Positions 24,823 through 37,125 of a stretch of 64,000 bases of DNA are shown here, one piece after another. The translations under genes were made by a program, and so were the position numbers. The stretch is from the NCBI GenBank assembly GCA_964188305.1, contig OZ076896.1; one strand, 5' to 3'. The stretch comes from Podarcis bocagei (taxonomy: Eukaryota). The notes beneath the pieces are model-generated. The model saw only the letters and a program-made list of their open reading frames with translations. It was not told the origin of the DNA and ran no database searches. How positions within the stretch are numbered: position 1 is the first letter of the stretch; each line of letters opens with the position of its first letter.

Positions 24823-27460
24823 CAGAAAAACTATTTTAGATGGCAAGCAAGAAATCAACCTATAGCAATTAAAAAGATCCACACAGCATCTCAGGGACAA
24901 AGCTTATAATTCTTCCAGGCATAGTTTTGTATGCGCATGGAGTTTATGTTGAGATACTTGGGAAATACAAATCATGTGATTTCTCCCACCAACAGATTGA
25001 TGCAGCACAGAGAATCCAAGCAAAGTTTTACCACCTGATCTACAGGTAGGGATTCTGTGGCCCTCCAGTTGGTGCAGGATTCCAGCTCCTATCAGCCCCA
25101 ACCAGCATGGCCAGTGCTCGGGGATGGTAAGACTTGTAATTCAACATCTGGAAGGAAACACCTCTGCTTTGCCCCTTCTTTCTTGTGTTCCCCAGAACTC
25201 TCCAGCTTGCTATAGAACATCCTTCCCCAACCTGGTGTCCTTGAGATTCACACAGGATATTAGTGACAAAGCTGTCTTAGAACGCTTCTCCCGGATATGG
25301 TTTTAGATGTGCATGGTATTTATGTTTTAATACTTAGGAAGGACAAAGCATGAAACTTTCCCCACCAACAGATTGGCATAGTGCAGACCATTTATTATTT
25401 GCAAGTTTTCCCACCTACTATGGGGAGGGGGACTTGTGGCCCTCCAGATGCTGCTGGACTCACAACATCCTCAGTCAACATGGTCACTGATCATGGATCG
25501 TGTCAACTGGAATCCAGTAGTACCTGGATAGCACTGGTTCCACACACCTCAACTCTAACATTTCTGCCTTTGGAGAGGAAATTGTAAATTTTAGTATTAT
25601 GAGATGTTGGGAGGCTGGATACCAGCTTAAGAATCTGGGAGACATCCCACACCAATATAGCCTATATGTTTTTTAAAAAAAATTGATCCTGTTTGGCTTT
25701 TTATTTTTTCCACATCAAACCGTATTGCAAAGAAATATTGATTAAAGGATAAATATAAATTAACACCCTCTGATGGAGATGGATTAAGGATTGCATCTAT
25801 AAATTAACATTTAAAACTCAGCTCCTGTCACACATGTGTGGGAGAAACATGAGCGTAATAAACAGACTGTGAAGCCTTTTAAGCAGAGTCAAAACACTTT
25901 TGCACTTTTGCAGGTTACTGGAAGCTAAGAGTTAGGCAATTACACCTTTTATCCCTGTTTATTTGTGGTCTGTTGCCTTCCCTTCTTTGTCCCCACTGCT
26001 AAGAATGAGTCACACATTTTAGTAAAAACAAAAAGGTTTACTTACATTTCAATGCAGGCAGCAAATACATCAAAGTCACATGCAAGTTAAAAAGTACTTA
26101 TTAGTTGCAAAATACAAAATTGGTTTCCAAAATGGAGTCTGGGCTTTGATAGGAGCCCAGCCATGTATGTCTGCTCACATTCCTGCCAAACATTAGGGAC
26201 CTTATACATTTGCTTCTATATTGATTCAGGAACTCTATGAGTGTCAGCCCCTCATGTGCCTGTCTGGCAATCATGCATTTGTGATTTTGATTGGAAATCC
26301 TACACCCTCTTCCGCCCTTGAATAGTATTTCAAGATTCAGATTACATATATTTAAAGCACAATATATTCTATGCATAGAATGAATAATCTTCTATTTTAT
26401 TTATTTAGTTATAACATTGTATTTGATATACTATAATATATATTATGCAATACTAATGTTTCATTTACAGCCTTCTTTGTTTTATATAACCTGTAATCCA
26501 GACCAACACCTGAAGAAGAAGCAGGGCTTTTGAGCATGCACAGAGTGCAGGTCCCTAACCACCAAGTCACTACAGCCAACTCCCACGCAGAACTGGGGTT
26601 AGAGAGGAGAGCTGCCCAGGGCCTGACCCTCCAGCATTTTTTTTAAGAAACCCAGCACAATCCAACAGACCTTCTGTGCCTTTGGAGCACCCCTATCAGG
26701 CAGGTATTCATCAGGTGCATCTTTACCCCGGCATGGAGTTGCTTTGATGGGGGAGCCTTGACTTGCTCCGGTCCCTCTTCTTCCCCATGCACCCACCCAA
26801 TCCGACAGCTGCTAAACTGGGGGCATAGTAACTGAGCCCACCCACTCCCTCCCTCCCCGGGAGCAAAGGGGTCAGCAAGAACGATCTGAGTGGAACTGGG
26901 CCAAAGGCAGCAACAAGCTGAAACTCTCTCTCTCTCTTTCGTGCGCCGATCTCCAAAGGCAGGCAGAAGCAAATTGCTCCCCAGCGACCGAAAAGCAGCT
27001 CGGCTCAACCCTTCTTCGGATTTTATTCCTCCCCGGGCGAGCTCGAAGAATCCGCCCTTTTATTTATTTTGGTTTGTTTTCAGTGTTTGCCTTGCAATTA
27101 TTTGAAACAGCAGCGCGGAGGGGAAAGAGACAGGAGGTTACGAGGGTGCTTGGGAAGGGAATGTTCGGCTCGCGGCGCTCCCAGGCCCCGGCATTCTGGC
27201 CTGCGCGCCCGCCTCGCCAAACCCAGCAAGCAGGCGATCCAGGGACGCGTCGTGCCGCAGAGCCAGAAAAAGGCGAAGCGGCCTTCAGTCCATTTGAGTT
27301 CCTCGGGAGGAACGAGCCTGGAAATCGAAGCCCTGGGCTTTTCTATAGGGCAGGGTGGGACCCTGGCTCAGTGGTAGGACAGCTGCTTGGCAGGCAGAAG
27401 GAGGTTCCGGAGTCAACCCACCTGCCCCAAATACTGAAGAGCCGCTGACACCATGTAGAT

Positions 27461-27877
27461 GTTGTTTAGTCGTTTAGTCGTGTCCGACTCTTCGTGACCC
27501 CATGGACCAGAGCAGGCCAGGCACTCCTGTCTTCCATTGCCTCCCGCAGTTTGGTCAAACTCATGCTGGTAACTTCGAGAACACTGTCCAACCATCTCGT
27601 CCTCTGTCGTCCCCTTCTCCTTGTGCCCTCAATTTCTCCCAACATCAGGGTGTTTTCCAGGGAGTCTTCTCTTCTCATGAGGTGGCCAAAGTATTGGAGC
27701 CTCAGCTTCAGGATCTGTCCTTCCAGTGAGCACTCAGGGTTGATTTCCTTCAGAATGGAGAGGTTTGATCTTCTTGCAGTCCATGGGACTCTCAAGAGTC
27801 TCCTCCAGCACCACAATTCAAAAGCATCAATTCTTCGACCTTCTTTATGGTCCAGCTCTCACTTCCATACATCACTA
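27461..27877 (-). mobile_element. BovB/RTE LINE 3' fragment
   Basis: WCWRRLLRVPWTARRSNLSILKEI...YFGHLMRR...VTKSRTRLND; TSD ACCATGTAGAT / ACCACGTAGAT (27450-27460 / 27878-27888). Confidence 0.93.
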
Positions 27878-29653
27878 ACCACGTAGATAGTGCTGAGCTA
27901 AAAGGATCGGTATTAGGCGACTCTTTACGTTCCCTCCCTCCCCCCCCCTCCATTTTTCCCTCGCAACAACCCTGTGAGGTAGCTTAGGCTGAGAAATCAT
28001 GCTTGGGGCCCCGAGGTCGCCCAGCAATCTTCCTGTGGAGATTGGCACCCAGCTCTCCCCCAACCCTTGCCCAGCACACTCTTGATTTGAAGGCGGGGTG
28101 CACTATTCACTACTTTCCAATTGGGGAAAAATAAAGACTGTTCGTGCAATCCTAGACATCCTGTCAGGTCTATAGTGTGCGCACATTTGTTCGTTTGTTT
28201 AATATACCGCCTTTCTCCCAGCACAGGACCCAAGGCGGCTCAAAAAATAAAACGGATGCAACTAAAAGCACACAGTGATACAAATATTAGAAAACTATTA
28301 AATGAGTAGCCCTAAAAACAGAACTGTTGTGCTCCTTTGAACATAACAGAACATATAACTGAGGAAAGACGCATAAAATAGAATTGTGGAGTTAGAAACT
28401 TTCCATTTCCCAGAGTCTTAGAAGTCAGCTGCTAGGCATGTCTATTTGGAAGTAAATATCACTGACTCGCAGGCAACGGCAGCCTTGGTTCTGCCAGGAT
28501 AGATGATCGCGGTATGAGAGCGCGCTAAGTACGTTGTTATTTTACACATTCCAGGGACAGTCTCTGACATTTGTTTTACTTTCCTTGCTTCATCCCTTGC
28601 CTTCCCTCCGAGGGGCTGAAATTGGCTGCGTGGTCCTCCTCCCGCTCCCTTTTTCATCTCACAACAGCCCCATGAGGAAGGCTCGCCTGCAAGCTTGTGA
28701 AAGGTCCATCATCACCTAGGGAACTTCACAGCGGAGCAGGGATCTGAATCCGGTTCGGCCCCATCTGACACGCTCACCGCTCCACAAAGTTCTGGGGCAT
28801 GTCATTTTATTAGTTATATTTGTTTCTGATTGTATTTATACCTTGATCAATTAGCGTTACACCCATTTGCTTTTAACTTTTCACTGTATGGGTATTTTTA
28901 ACGACCACCTTATCTTGCTTCAGGTAAACCACTTACAGGTGCTTGTCCATTAAGCGGTATATAAGTCTTATCAAATAAACCAAACTAAGATTAAGAGCTG
29001 CTTTTTCTAATGCACTTCTATCCAAGCTGGGCAACGCGCAACTCAATCCTATGCCTCCCCCCCGCAATAAACTCCTACTGTTCAACGGGACTTGCTCCCA
29101 ATTAAACATGAATAGTTTTCAGTCTGTAAATGATGCGGCTGTTCAGCGCCTGACCACAAATATCCTAATAAACAGCTTCCAGCATAGAAGTCACAGGGCC
29201 GGTATTGTGTTGTTGTTGTTGTTGTTGTTGTTTTACTTTTGCAGGCTTAAAACGTTGGTTCCTTCTTCCTCGACGTCCAAATAATGTAAACGTGCTAAAA
29301 CCGGTGTTAAGTCATCCTCTACACTGATCCCCTCCTGCAAATCCGAATTTGGACATCCGTTTTATTTTAATGGATGCAGCTCCGCTTGCAAAACAACACC
29401 GGGGGCTTCCTCTTTCCCGGGCCTCCTTACTATTTTGCTCCTTCCTTGGTTGCGATTATCTTTAATTGGCCTTACCTCATCTTCCCCCCCTGGAAGGCAT
29501 AATAGCTCAGCTCCCTGGAGCTTGCGGAGGGCCTAAGGGCGAGAACTTGCAAGCATCGCTGTTCATGCCTCCCCAGCCCACCTTTGGAGCCCAGACACGT
29601 CTCCGTTAGGAGCCTGGTGTTATTTTGATGATTTGGATCCATAATAATTGAAG

Positions 29654-29790
29654 CATAGAATTGTAAAGTTGGAATGGCTCCCCAAGGGTAATATAGTCCA
29701 ACCCCCTGAGATGCGGGAATCTTTTGCCCAACGTGGGGCTCGAACTCACGACCCTGAGATTAAGAGTCTCCTGCTCTACCGACGGAGCAA
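29654..29790 (-). mobile_element. tRNA-Lys(CTT)-derived SINE with CR1-like tail (Squam3-like), CpG-intact
   Basis: Minus strand reads TCGGTAGAGCAGGAGACTCTTAATCTCAGGGTCGTGAGTTCGAGCCCCACGTTGGGC, then GGGGGTTGGACTA...ATTCTATG. Confidence 0.85.
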
Positions 29791-29907
29791 GTTCCATCGA
29801 AGTCAGTGGGGTTACTTCTGACTAGATACTTAGGGAATTGCGCAGTTAGAGTGCTGTCAGTGACTGCTAACCGTTTCCCCCTTTTATCCGCCTACATTCT
29901 AAATATA

Positions 29908-30136
29908 CAGTGGTACCTCGGATTAAGTACTTAATTCGTTCCGGAGGTCCGTTCTTAACCTGAAACTGTTCTTAACCTGAAGCACCACTTTAGCTAATGG
30001 GGCCTCCTGCTGCTGCCGCTGCGCCGCCGGAGCCTGATTTCTGTTCTCATCCTGAAGCAAAGTTCTTAACCTGAAGCACTATTTCTGGGTTAGCGGAGTC
30101 TGTAACCTGAAGCGTATGTAACCCGAGGTACCACTG
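29908..30136 (+). mobile_element. Tc1/mariner MITE, copy 2
   Basis: TIRs CAGTGGTACCTCGG...CCGAGGTACCACTG, TA duplication. Confidence 0.9.
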
Positions 30137-30420
30137 TATAAGGAAAGCCGAGGGTCTCTCTCGTAGTCTTGGAGCCATTCTGTATTAACAGCCACCCCGG
30201 AGGGCACGAAAACCTGTATTTGGCGGCCCAAACCGACCCCATAAGAAATGGCTACTATCAGCAGTATATCCTTCGCACGACGGAGAACCTGTTCTTCAAG
30301 CACAGCAGTGCATTGAAGTTTTCTCGTTTGCATTTCACCTAAACTACAATCTACAAAAGCGTCTCCATTTCTTCAAACTTTTTTTAATGCACCCTTTAAT
30401 CAGTGAAATTGCACCCCAAA

Positions 30421-30615
30421 ACATAGAAACGTAGGCAGCTGCCTTATACCGAGTCAGATCAATGGTCCATGTAGCTCAATATTGTCTACACGGACTGGCA
30501 ACAGCTCTCTAGAGAGTCTTTAAACAGGGAGTTTTCCCCGGACTTAAATAGAAGATGTCGATTAATTTAATTTGGGGCCTTCTGCAGGCTAAGCTGGTGC
30601 TCTGCCACAGAGCTA
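30421..30615 (-). mobile_element. Old SINE with CR1-like tail
   Basis: AGCTGCCTTATA...GTCCAT.TAGCTCAATATTGTCTAC...GACTGGCA motif shared with copies at about 415-560 and 7020-7215. Confidence 0.6.
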
Positions 30616-31395
30616 ACTTCCTCCCCTCTGTAAAAAGAAAATGGTGTAGGGTCGCCGGGGACCAGGGGAAAAAACCCTATTCTTGCCTGGGCAGCCCTTA
30701 ACCTTCCTGAATGGAGAGAAGGTCCATTGATTAAATGAATGGAGTTTAATGCGCACCTGACAGAGAAAAAACTTCTTGCAAACTTCTACCCGTTTACTTT
30801 AGGGCAAGCCCTTACATTCAGGCGCCCCGAGCTCTTAACAGCGGACATCCGTTGCAATACTGGATATTGAGAGGAAAGAAAGCAGGCGAGCTCCTAGCTG
30901 TACTTATTCCTTTTGCTGTTGTGAAATTGAATCATGACCTTAATACAGGAAGATTGAAGTTCCTACTTCTTTACGCGTCCTGGCTGGGGTTTGTTTGTTT
31001 GAAGAAAATCCCAGGACAAGCTATCCGGGTACACCTTACAGGTGTGATTTAGGAAGAGAAAGTTGGATTTGAGAGATCCTGCGCTTATTCTATCTCCAGG
31101 CATGGACTCTTTGTGCGGTCTAGTTCCCCTCTTGATTACCTAATGATCAAGCAGCATCAAGAGGTGGTGATCTGCACGTGTGAATGAGCCACCACGGATC
31201 TCCAGATACTAAAGACAGAACTGTCATATCGTCTCAAAATCGTCTTCTCCTGGAGAAGACTCGCAGATTTAGTTTCCAGCCAGCCAGCGCGCAGGAAGAT
31301 ACGCGTGCACGTGTGAACATTGCTGCGACCTGATTTATGATGAAAGGAGGGGGAACAGCATCACGACTATAAACAGGATACCAATTAAACATGGC

Positions 31396-31450
<55 letters not shown>
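31396..31450. repeat. (AG)n microsatellite
   Basis: Seen directly; one interruption. Confidence 0.95.
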
Positions 31451-31456
<6 letters not shown>

Positions 31457-34347
31457 CAGAAGTGGGTATTGACTAACAGATGTATTATGTACAAAGGAAT
31501 AATATTGCATCCGTTCCAGAACCATTTTTTCCCTTCGTCGCCCAGCGCAAAGCTAGTATCTGTCTAGTATCGCCGTCATCTGTGAAACTGACATAACCCC
31601 TGTCTAGGTTATGCGCCTCCCCTCTTGCTGCATGGAGTGGCTTTTTAAAAGAAAAAAACACTTCCTTGGAAGGGCCTAAAACGGCTCTCCTCGTTAGCCA
31701 GACAGAAGTATTAAGAGCCGCGACTGTGAGATCATGTTACACCTACAGTAGTTACGTCTGATTTAAAAAGGGGGGAAAATTAGAAGAGCTTATGGTTCAA
31801 GGAGTTTTGGAAACAGCATGGGCTGACATTTAGTTAATAACATCTTTTGCTTAGGTTCCCTTTTTCTAACCTAACAAGATTAAGAACATTGACCTGATGA
31901 TATTTCTTTGTACATCTGGCTCTTTTCCACTAAGAGGGATTATAGGAGAACCATAGGAAAGCTTCCCTCCGCCTTGCAAGATGGGAAAGTCTTTGCTTGC
32001 TACATCTTTAGAAACAGCCCATGCACAACTAAGCGGAAGATGGGGAGGGCAGGCGGCTGCGTCAGGTGCGCCCCCGCTCGCCTCTTCCAAGCGCGCTCTC
32101 TTTCTTTTTTCCTCTTCCTTCCTTCCAAAGGCATAGTTTGTTAGTACCTCTTCCCACGCAGCCCTTCTTTGGGACGGGAAAGAGCTCCAGCCAAGACCCT
32201 TTAAAACAGAAATATGCACTTCGTAGGGCGTGAAACCCCATCCTAGGTCCCCTGCAAAACCTCGCGGGTTCGATCCCTCGTAGCTCCATAAAAAAGGATG
32301 CAGAATGGGAACGATAAATGGTTCGAACCTGGCATATAAGAGGACAACATTTCTTACGTGGGCCTGCTGTTAACCAAAAGGCCCCAAAGCAGTAAATTAT
32401 TTGGCTTCAGCCCATTTGGCACACTTCAGCCACTCTGAGATGAAAGTGTAATTGATTTCAATAGGACTGATTGCCAGCTTTTTGCTCAGGACTTGGAAAT
32501 AACTTATTTGGGTGGAAGTAATTGATTTCTGAGGATGCCCGGATACCTTAATCCTTAACATGGGGCTTGATAGTTAAAAGTAAGAATTTCCGGAACAGAG
32601 TTTGGATCCCCACTGGAATGGATTGGCGAGGCTTTCAGCTACACACAGAGAGAGATGGGAAAATATTATTTCCATTAGGGGGAGGCCATCTAAACAGGGT
32701 GGAACTCGACGATTCGGATGAGGCTGGCTATGAACTGAGGTGTTGAGGAAATGGCAGATTAAAAGCAGACTTTACAAACGATTGGGGGTGGAGGCAGAGT
32801 TTCTGTCCTTTTGACGCACCCAGCAACAATCTCAAGAGTGCCTCCGAAACCCAAACCCCGGCTTTGCCGCCTGGAGAACTAGAACTCCCTCCTGTTCTCC
32901 CCTCCAAATGTTCCTGGTTAATGTCTAAATAGTAAGGCGTCGTGGGGGTCGGGCTAGATGATCCTTTGAGTCCCTTCTTCCAACGCAACAACCCTGAAAT
33001 TCTAAAAGGAGAAGAGCCCTTTCATCTACCCATAAATCGCTAACCCGGGCTGTGAAAGCTCTGTGACGCGCGAAACGCACTTTGCACGTGCTCAGAGGCT
33101 CTTTGCTTTTCCCCACTGGTTCCGGGGTTGAAGATTCTTTTCGAAGGAGTGGTCAGAAAGGACCGAGGAGTGTTTCCAAGAGACGCATCTGCGAGCTGCG
33201 GAGATGAAAGGGATCCGGTGGCCGCCTCTCTTCCCCCCCCCCGGGCGATGAAGGCCTGCATTCTCTGTCCGCCTTCAGATCTGCCCTGCGAAGGCAAGAA
33301 GGCAGGGAGGGGAGGTCCTTCTCTTCCCCCTTCGAGTGATCTCCCCGGGACCCCTAATTAGGGCGGGATCGGGGGCCGCGAAAGTTCCCAAACATTTTAA
33401 TCGAGCTCTTTTTTCAATGGCGAAGGGATAAATGGTGGCAACTGTTACTCCCCCACTGAAAAGCCGCCCTCCCATGGCGAGTATTCAGGGGGTCCTTTCA
33501 TAAACCAGAAGCACTTAGTCTGTGGGGCCCGCAGCAGGCCACAGATCTCCTAATTAGTCTAATTAGAAAGGTGGATTGATAGATGGCAAGGGAAGCTAGC
33601 GAGATACTCAGGCCTGCCAGCCCGCATTTGCGAGCTGCTAAGTCTCTGTTTAAAAAAGGTCGCGGAGCCTGACACGAAGGCAAAAGGGATTCACCGTGTG
33701 GCCAAGGCTGGGGAAGAATGGGTGGATCTGGTGGTGAAAAGCGACCTCCAGCTTTTCTTTGGGGCGAAGGGAAACTTCAAAGAGGCCACCCCTAGCGCGC
33801 GCTGGCCTCAAACTCCCTCCCCCTTCTGGGATGCCCACCGTGGCCTTAGAGCCCAGAGGAGGAGACCCGGGTCCAATCGCTTTTGCCATGGGACGAGTTA
33901 AGAGAGAGACACACCAAGGTCCCTCGTGGAATCCCAATTGCGTTGTTTTGTTACTCTCTTATCTGCGCTCCTTTTGGAGGAAGGGCTGGATAGAAACGCA
34001 ATAAATTCTCCTCCTCGTCATTTCTTTCTTTATTTTACTTTAGTTCATTATTATCGGTTGTGATCACATCAGTGCGCTAGTGGAAATAAACTATCCGATT
34101 TGTTTAAATTGGGACTGGTTGCCAAAGGATCCTAACTACTTTTGCGGCGGGATCCTATACATGTCTACTTAGCACTAAGCTTAGCAGGTTCGGCAAGGCT
34201 TACTTCCGAGGAGACGTAAGTAGGATTGCCTGTTGCTTAGAAACTCCGGGCTTCCATCGACTTTGCTAACAAGCCCAAATGTCGACCCTGTAGGATTCCC
34301 TTTTGTTTTGTGTTCAGTGATCCGTACTCCCCGCTAAATGTGTACAG

Positions 34348-34506
34348 AAGGCATGTCCACAGTCCGTTTCAGGGGCCTAATCCGGGCCGCCGGAAGCTCA
34401 ACAACTTCAATCCTACAAAAAAATAAGGTTAACAACTTTGGTCGGCCCTCACGGCCCTTCACTTCATCAAATCTGGCCCTCTTTGAAAAAAGTTTGGACA
34501 CCACTA
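34348..34506. mobile_element. hAT (Charlie-like) MITE
   Basis: 8-bp TSD GTGTACAG (34340-34347 / 34507-34514); degenerate TIRs GCATGTCCA...TGGACACCAC. Confidence 0.7.
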
Positions 34507-34544
34507 GTGTACAGGATTGTTCCACTGATTGATTGATTGCGTTT

Positions 34545-34735
34545 GTATTCCGCCTTTCTCTCCAAGGAGCTCTAGGTGGCGTACGTGAATCTTTCCTTCC
34601 CCATTTAAACTGAGTTTAGGCTGAGAGGCAGCGACTGGCCCAAGGCCACCCAGTGAGCTTCGTGGCCGAGTGAGGATCTGAACCCTGGTTCTCCCAGCTC
34701 CTAGTCCAACACTCTAACCACTACACCACAATGGC
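34545..34735 (-). mobile_element. MIR-like tRNA SINE
   Basis: CACTCTAACCACTACACCAC head (reverse complement) and GACTGGCCCAAGGCCACCCAGTGAGCTTC core. Confidence 0.7.
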
Positions 34736-36956
34736 TTTGCCTGTAGGTGCTTAGTTTGAACTGGGTCATACCCACAGAACAGAAACCATATTATGTGGGA
34801 CTTCATTCAGTGTAAGCAGGTATATTGTAAGCGCCTGGGAGGAGGGACGTGTACTGCTGGTTGTGTTATTCCTTCCCTACGGTTAGTGCCACGTGCATGG
34901 ATCTAGAATCAACAACTTAACTTAGATTGAACCGGTTGGCTTATCGTGCTGCGTGAATTGTTACAATGACCCGCCCTTGGTATTTAGGCGAGCATTATAG
35001 TCATATTGAATGCAAAGGGCTTTCAAGTCCAAGCAAGGCTGATGTTCAGCAGTTGGTGTAAGATGCTGAAGGTGAAAAATTTAGAAGTATTTATATGAAG
35101 CAACATAAAGCATAAGCTACATAGCATAAAAATTCTCCCCGATCCGCATTACAGGAGCCCTCAGCTCCCCCCAAAATAATTAATGATAGTAATGAATACT
35201 TCTGTTTGTTCGTTGACAGCAATGCCTCTCAAAATTCGGTTATACATTCGTTTAAACTAATCTTTACAACAGTACCGTGGGCTATTATTTTATCTTCACT
35301 GAAGTGTGTTGCCGCCTGTCTAGTCCTGTGTAAATAGCACTAAGAATGTTTGCAAACTGTCGGACTATTCCGATTCTTTCCTCCTTCACCATATTTCGCG
35401 GGGTACCGCTGGACTCGCGCGCGCCTGGACCTTTTAGGGGGGGGGGTAATGTTGCTTCTTCTTCCATAGCCTCACAAAGCGCAGGAGAATCGCCACGCCC
35501 ACCCGCCCTGATAAACGTTGCGCGCTGCCAGATGAGACGCCGGGGAGGTCTTTCGCATCCCGCTGGCTGGTGCGTTTCTAGCAAAGGGAGTTGCGGGCGG
35601 GGGGAAGCGGCGCGGGTGATTTGCGGAATGCTGAGCCTGGGCTATAAATCAGCCAGGAAGGAGGGCGAAGCAGGTGTAAAAACAGAGCGAGAACTGCCTG
35701 CTTCCCGGCAAGACTGGCGAGGGAGGGGATCCCTCTTCTGCCTCACCAAATGCCACCCCGAACGTGCAGCAACAGCAGGCCGCGCCTGGATGGAGGCGGG
35801 GATCTCGAGGCGCTGTAGGAGGAAGCTTCGCCTCCTTGCCCCGCCCGCGAACATGCCAATGCGCAAACAGCAACAGCATCAAACCCTCCTGCGGGCGCTT
35901 GGGGGTTGGCCTGCCAGTGCCTCCACCCAACTCTCCCATCTGCCTTCGCCACCACGCCTCCCACCCTTCACCCGGGGAGATTACGCAATCCGACCAGAGG
36001 GAAACCCCCAGCGACCAGCGTCCAATGCCGGCGCACTAGCCCAGCCACGACACACGCGACCTTTTCCTACCTTCTTCGCACGCAAGGCGCTCTCTCGCTC
36101 TCCCACTCGCTCTCCTCCCTCCATTTCTGTGGCCAGGATTCCTCCCCACCCCCCGCTTCCTTTTCCCAGGCATTGCTCAAAGATTAGGCATAATTCTGCG
36201 CACCGCCTGTTTTTCCAGCAGCAAAGGAGAAAGAGAAGATCCACAGTCCCGTTAAGTCGAAGGGGTTGGATTTAAGAGGATCATAGGTTGCAACGAGGAC
36301 TCCATTGGCTTTGATCCAAATACCTTGACTTACTTGGGCTCTATTTGCCTTCGACTGTTGCCGCTGTTTTCTTTACTGATGCCCAGGCCCTAACCTCAAC
36401 TGCTTTGAAGTAAACCTAGGTAAGACCCTCCCCGCCGCCAGAAACATTCCCAATCAGCCCATTCCTAGTCATCGAAGTCATTCCTAACTATGCGGTGTCC
36501 CAACGACTTCCAAGGAAACTCCAAGCGAATGAGAAGCTTAGGATTGTGAGCTTAATTGCATCCATAAACACGCGCGCGCCTTATTCCTTATTTATTTCTA
36601 TTAGATCCATTCCTTTATTTAGAGATAAATAGAGGCTCCTGTTTAATTAAAAATGTGGTCAAAGCGAGAGATTGGAATTGGGAACGTGCTGTGAGTTAGG
36701 TACATTTGGGGCCATTGTATTCCGTGGACACGGGAATCAGCACAGATGTGTAGGGTGGAATCTAAGGCTCCAGGTGCTCATTTGTATCCAAAGTGCACTG
36801 AACAACAGTGTATGCCACAACCGAAGGCTGCAAGAGCGTGAAGTCCAGCAGTTCCTCAAAGCCTCCAGCAGGGCTTCAGACTAAGGTCGCTCCCAGCCCC
36901 GCCTGGAGATGCCAGAGCAATGCTCTGACCACTGAGCCCATCTTAGGTCCTGGATG

Positions 36957-37125
36957 CAGTGGCGTAGCGTGGGGGGTGCAGGGGGGGCCGGCCGCACCGG
37001 GCGCAACATCTGGGGGTTAGGGTTAGGGGGTGCAAATCCACGGGTTAGGGGGCGCAAATCCACGGGTTAGGGGGCGTAAATTACTTGCCTTGCCCCGGGT
37101 GCTGACAACCCACGCTACGCCACTG
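36957..37125 (+). mobile_element. hAT MITE (169 bp) with internal TTAGGG-containing tandem repeat
   Basis: Perfect 17-bp TIR CAGTGGCGTAGCGTGGG; 8-bp TSD CCTGGATG (36949-36956 / 37126-37133). Confidence 0.92.

Noticed and set aside
29720-29790. Possible tRNA-Lys(CTT) gene
   Set aside because: The 5' acceptor stem is missing and the sequence continues into a CR1-like SINE tail; a decayed sister copy exists at 10740.
35346-36275. 309-aa ORF
   Set aside because: Arg/Pro/Ala/Gly-rich translation of a CpG island with no recognisable domain; stop-codon scarcity explains the length.
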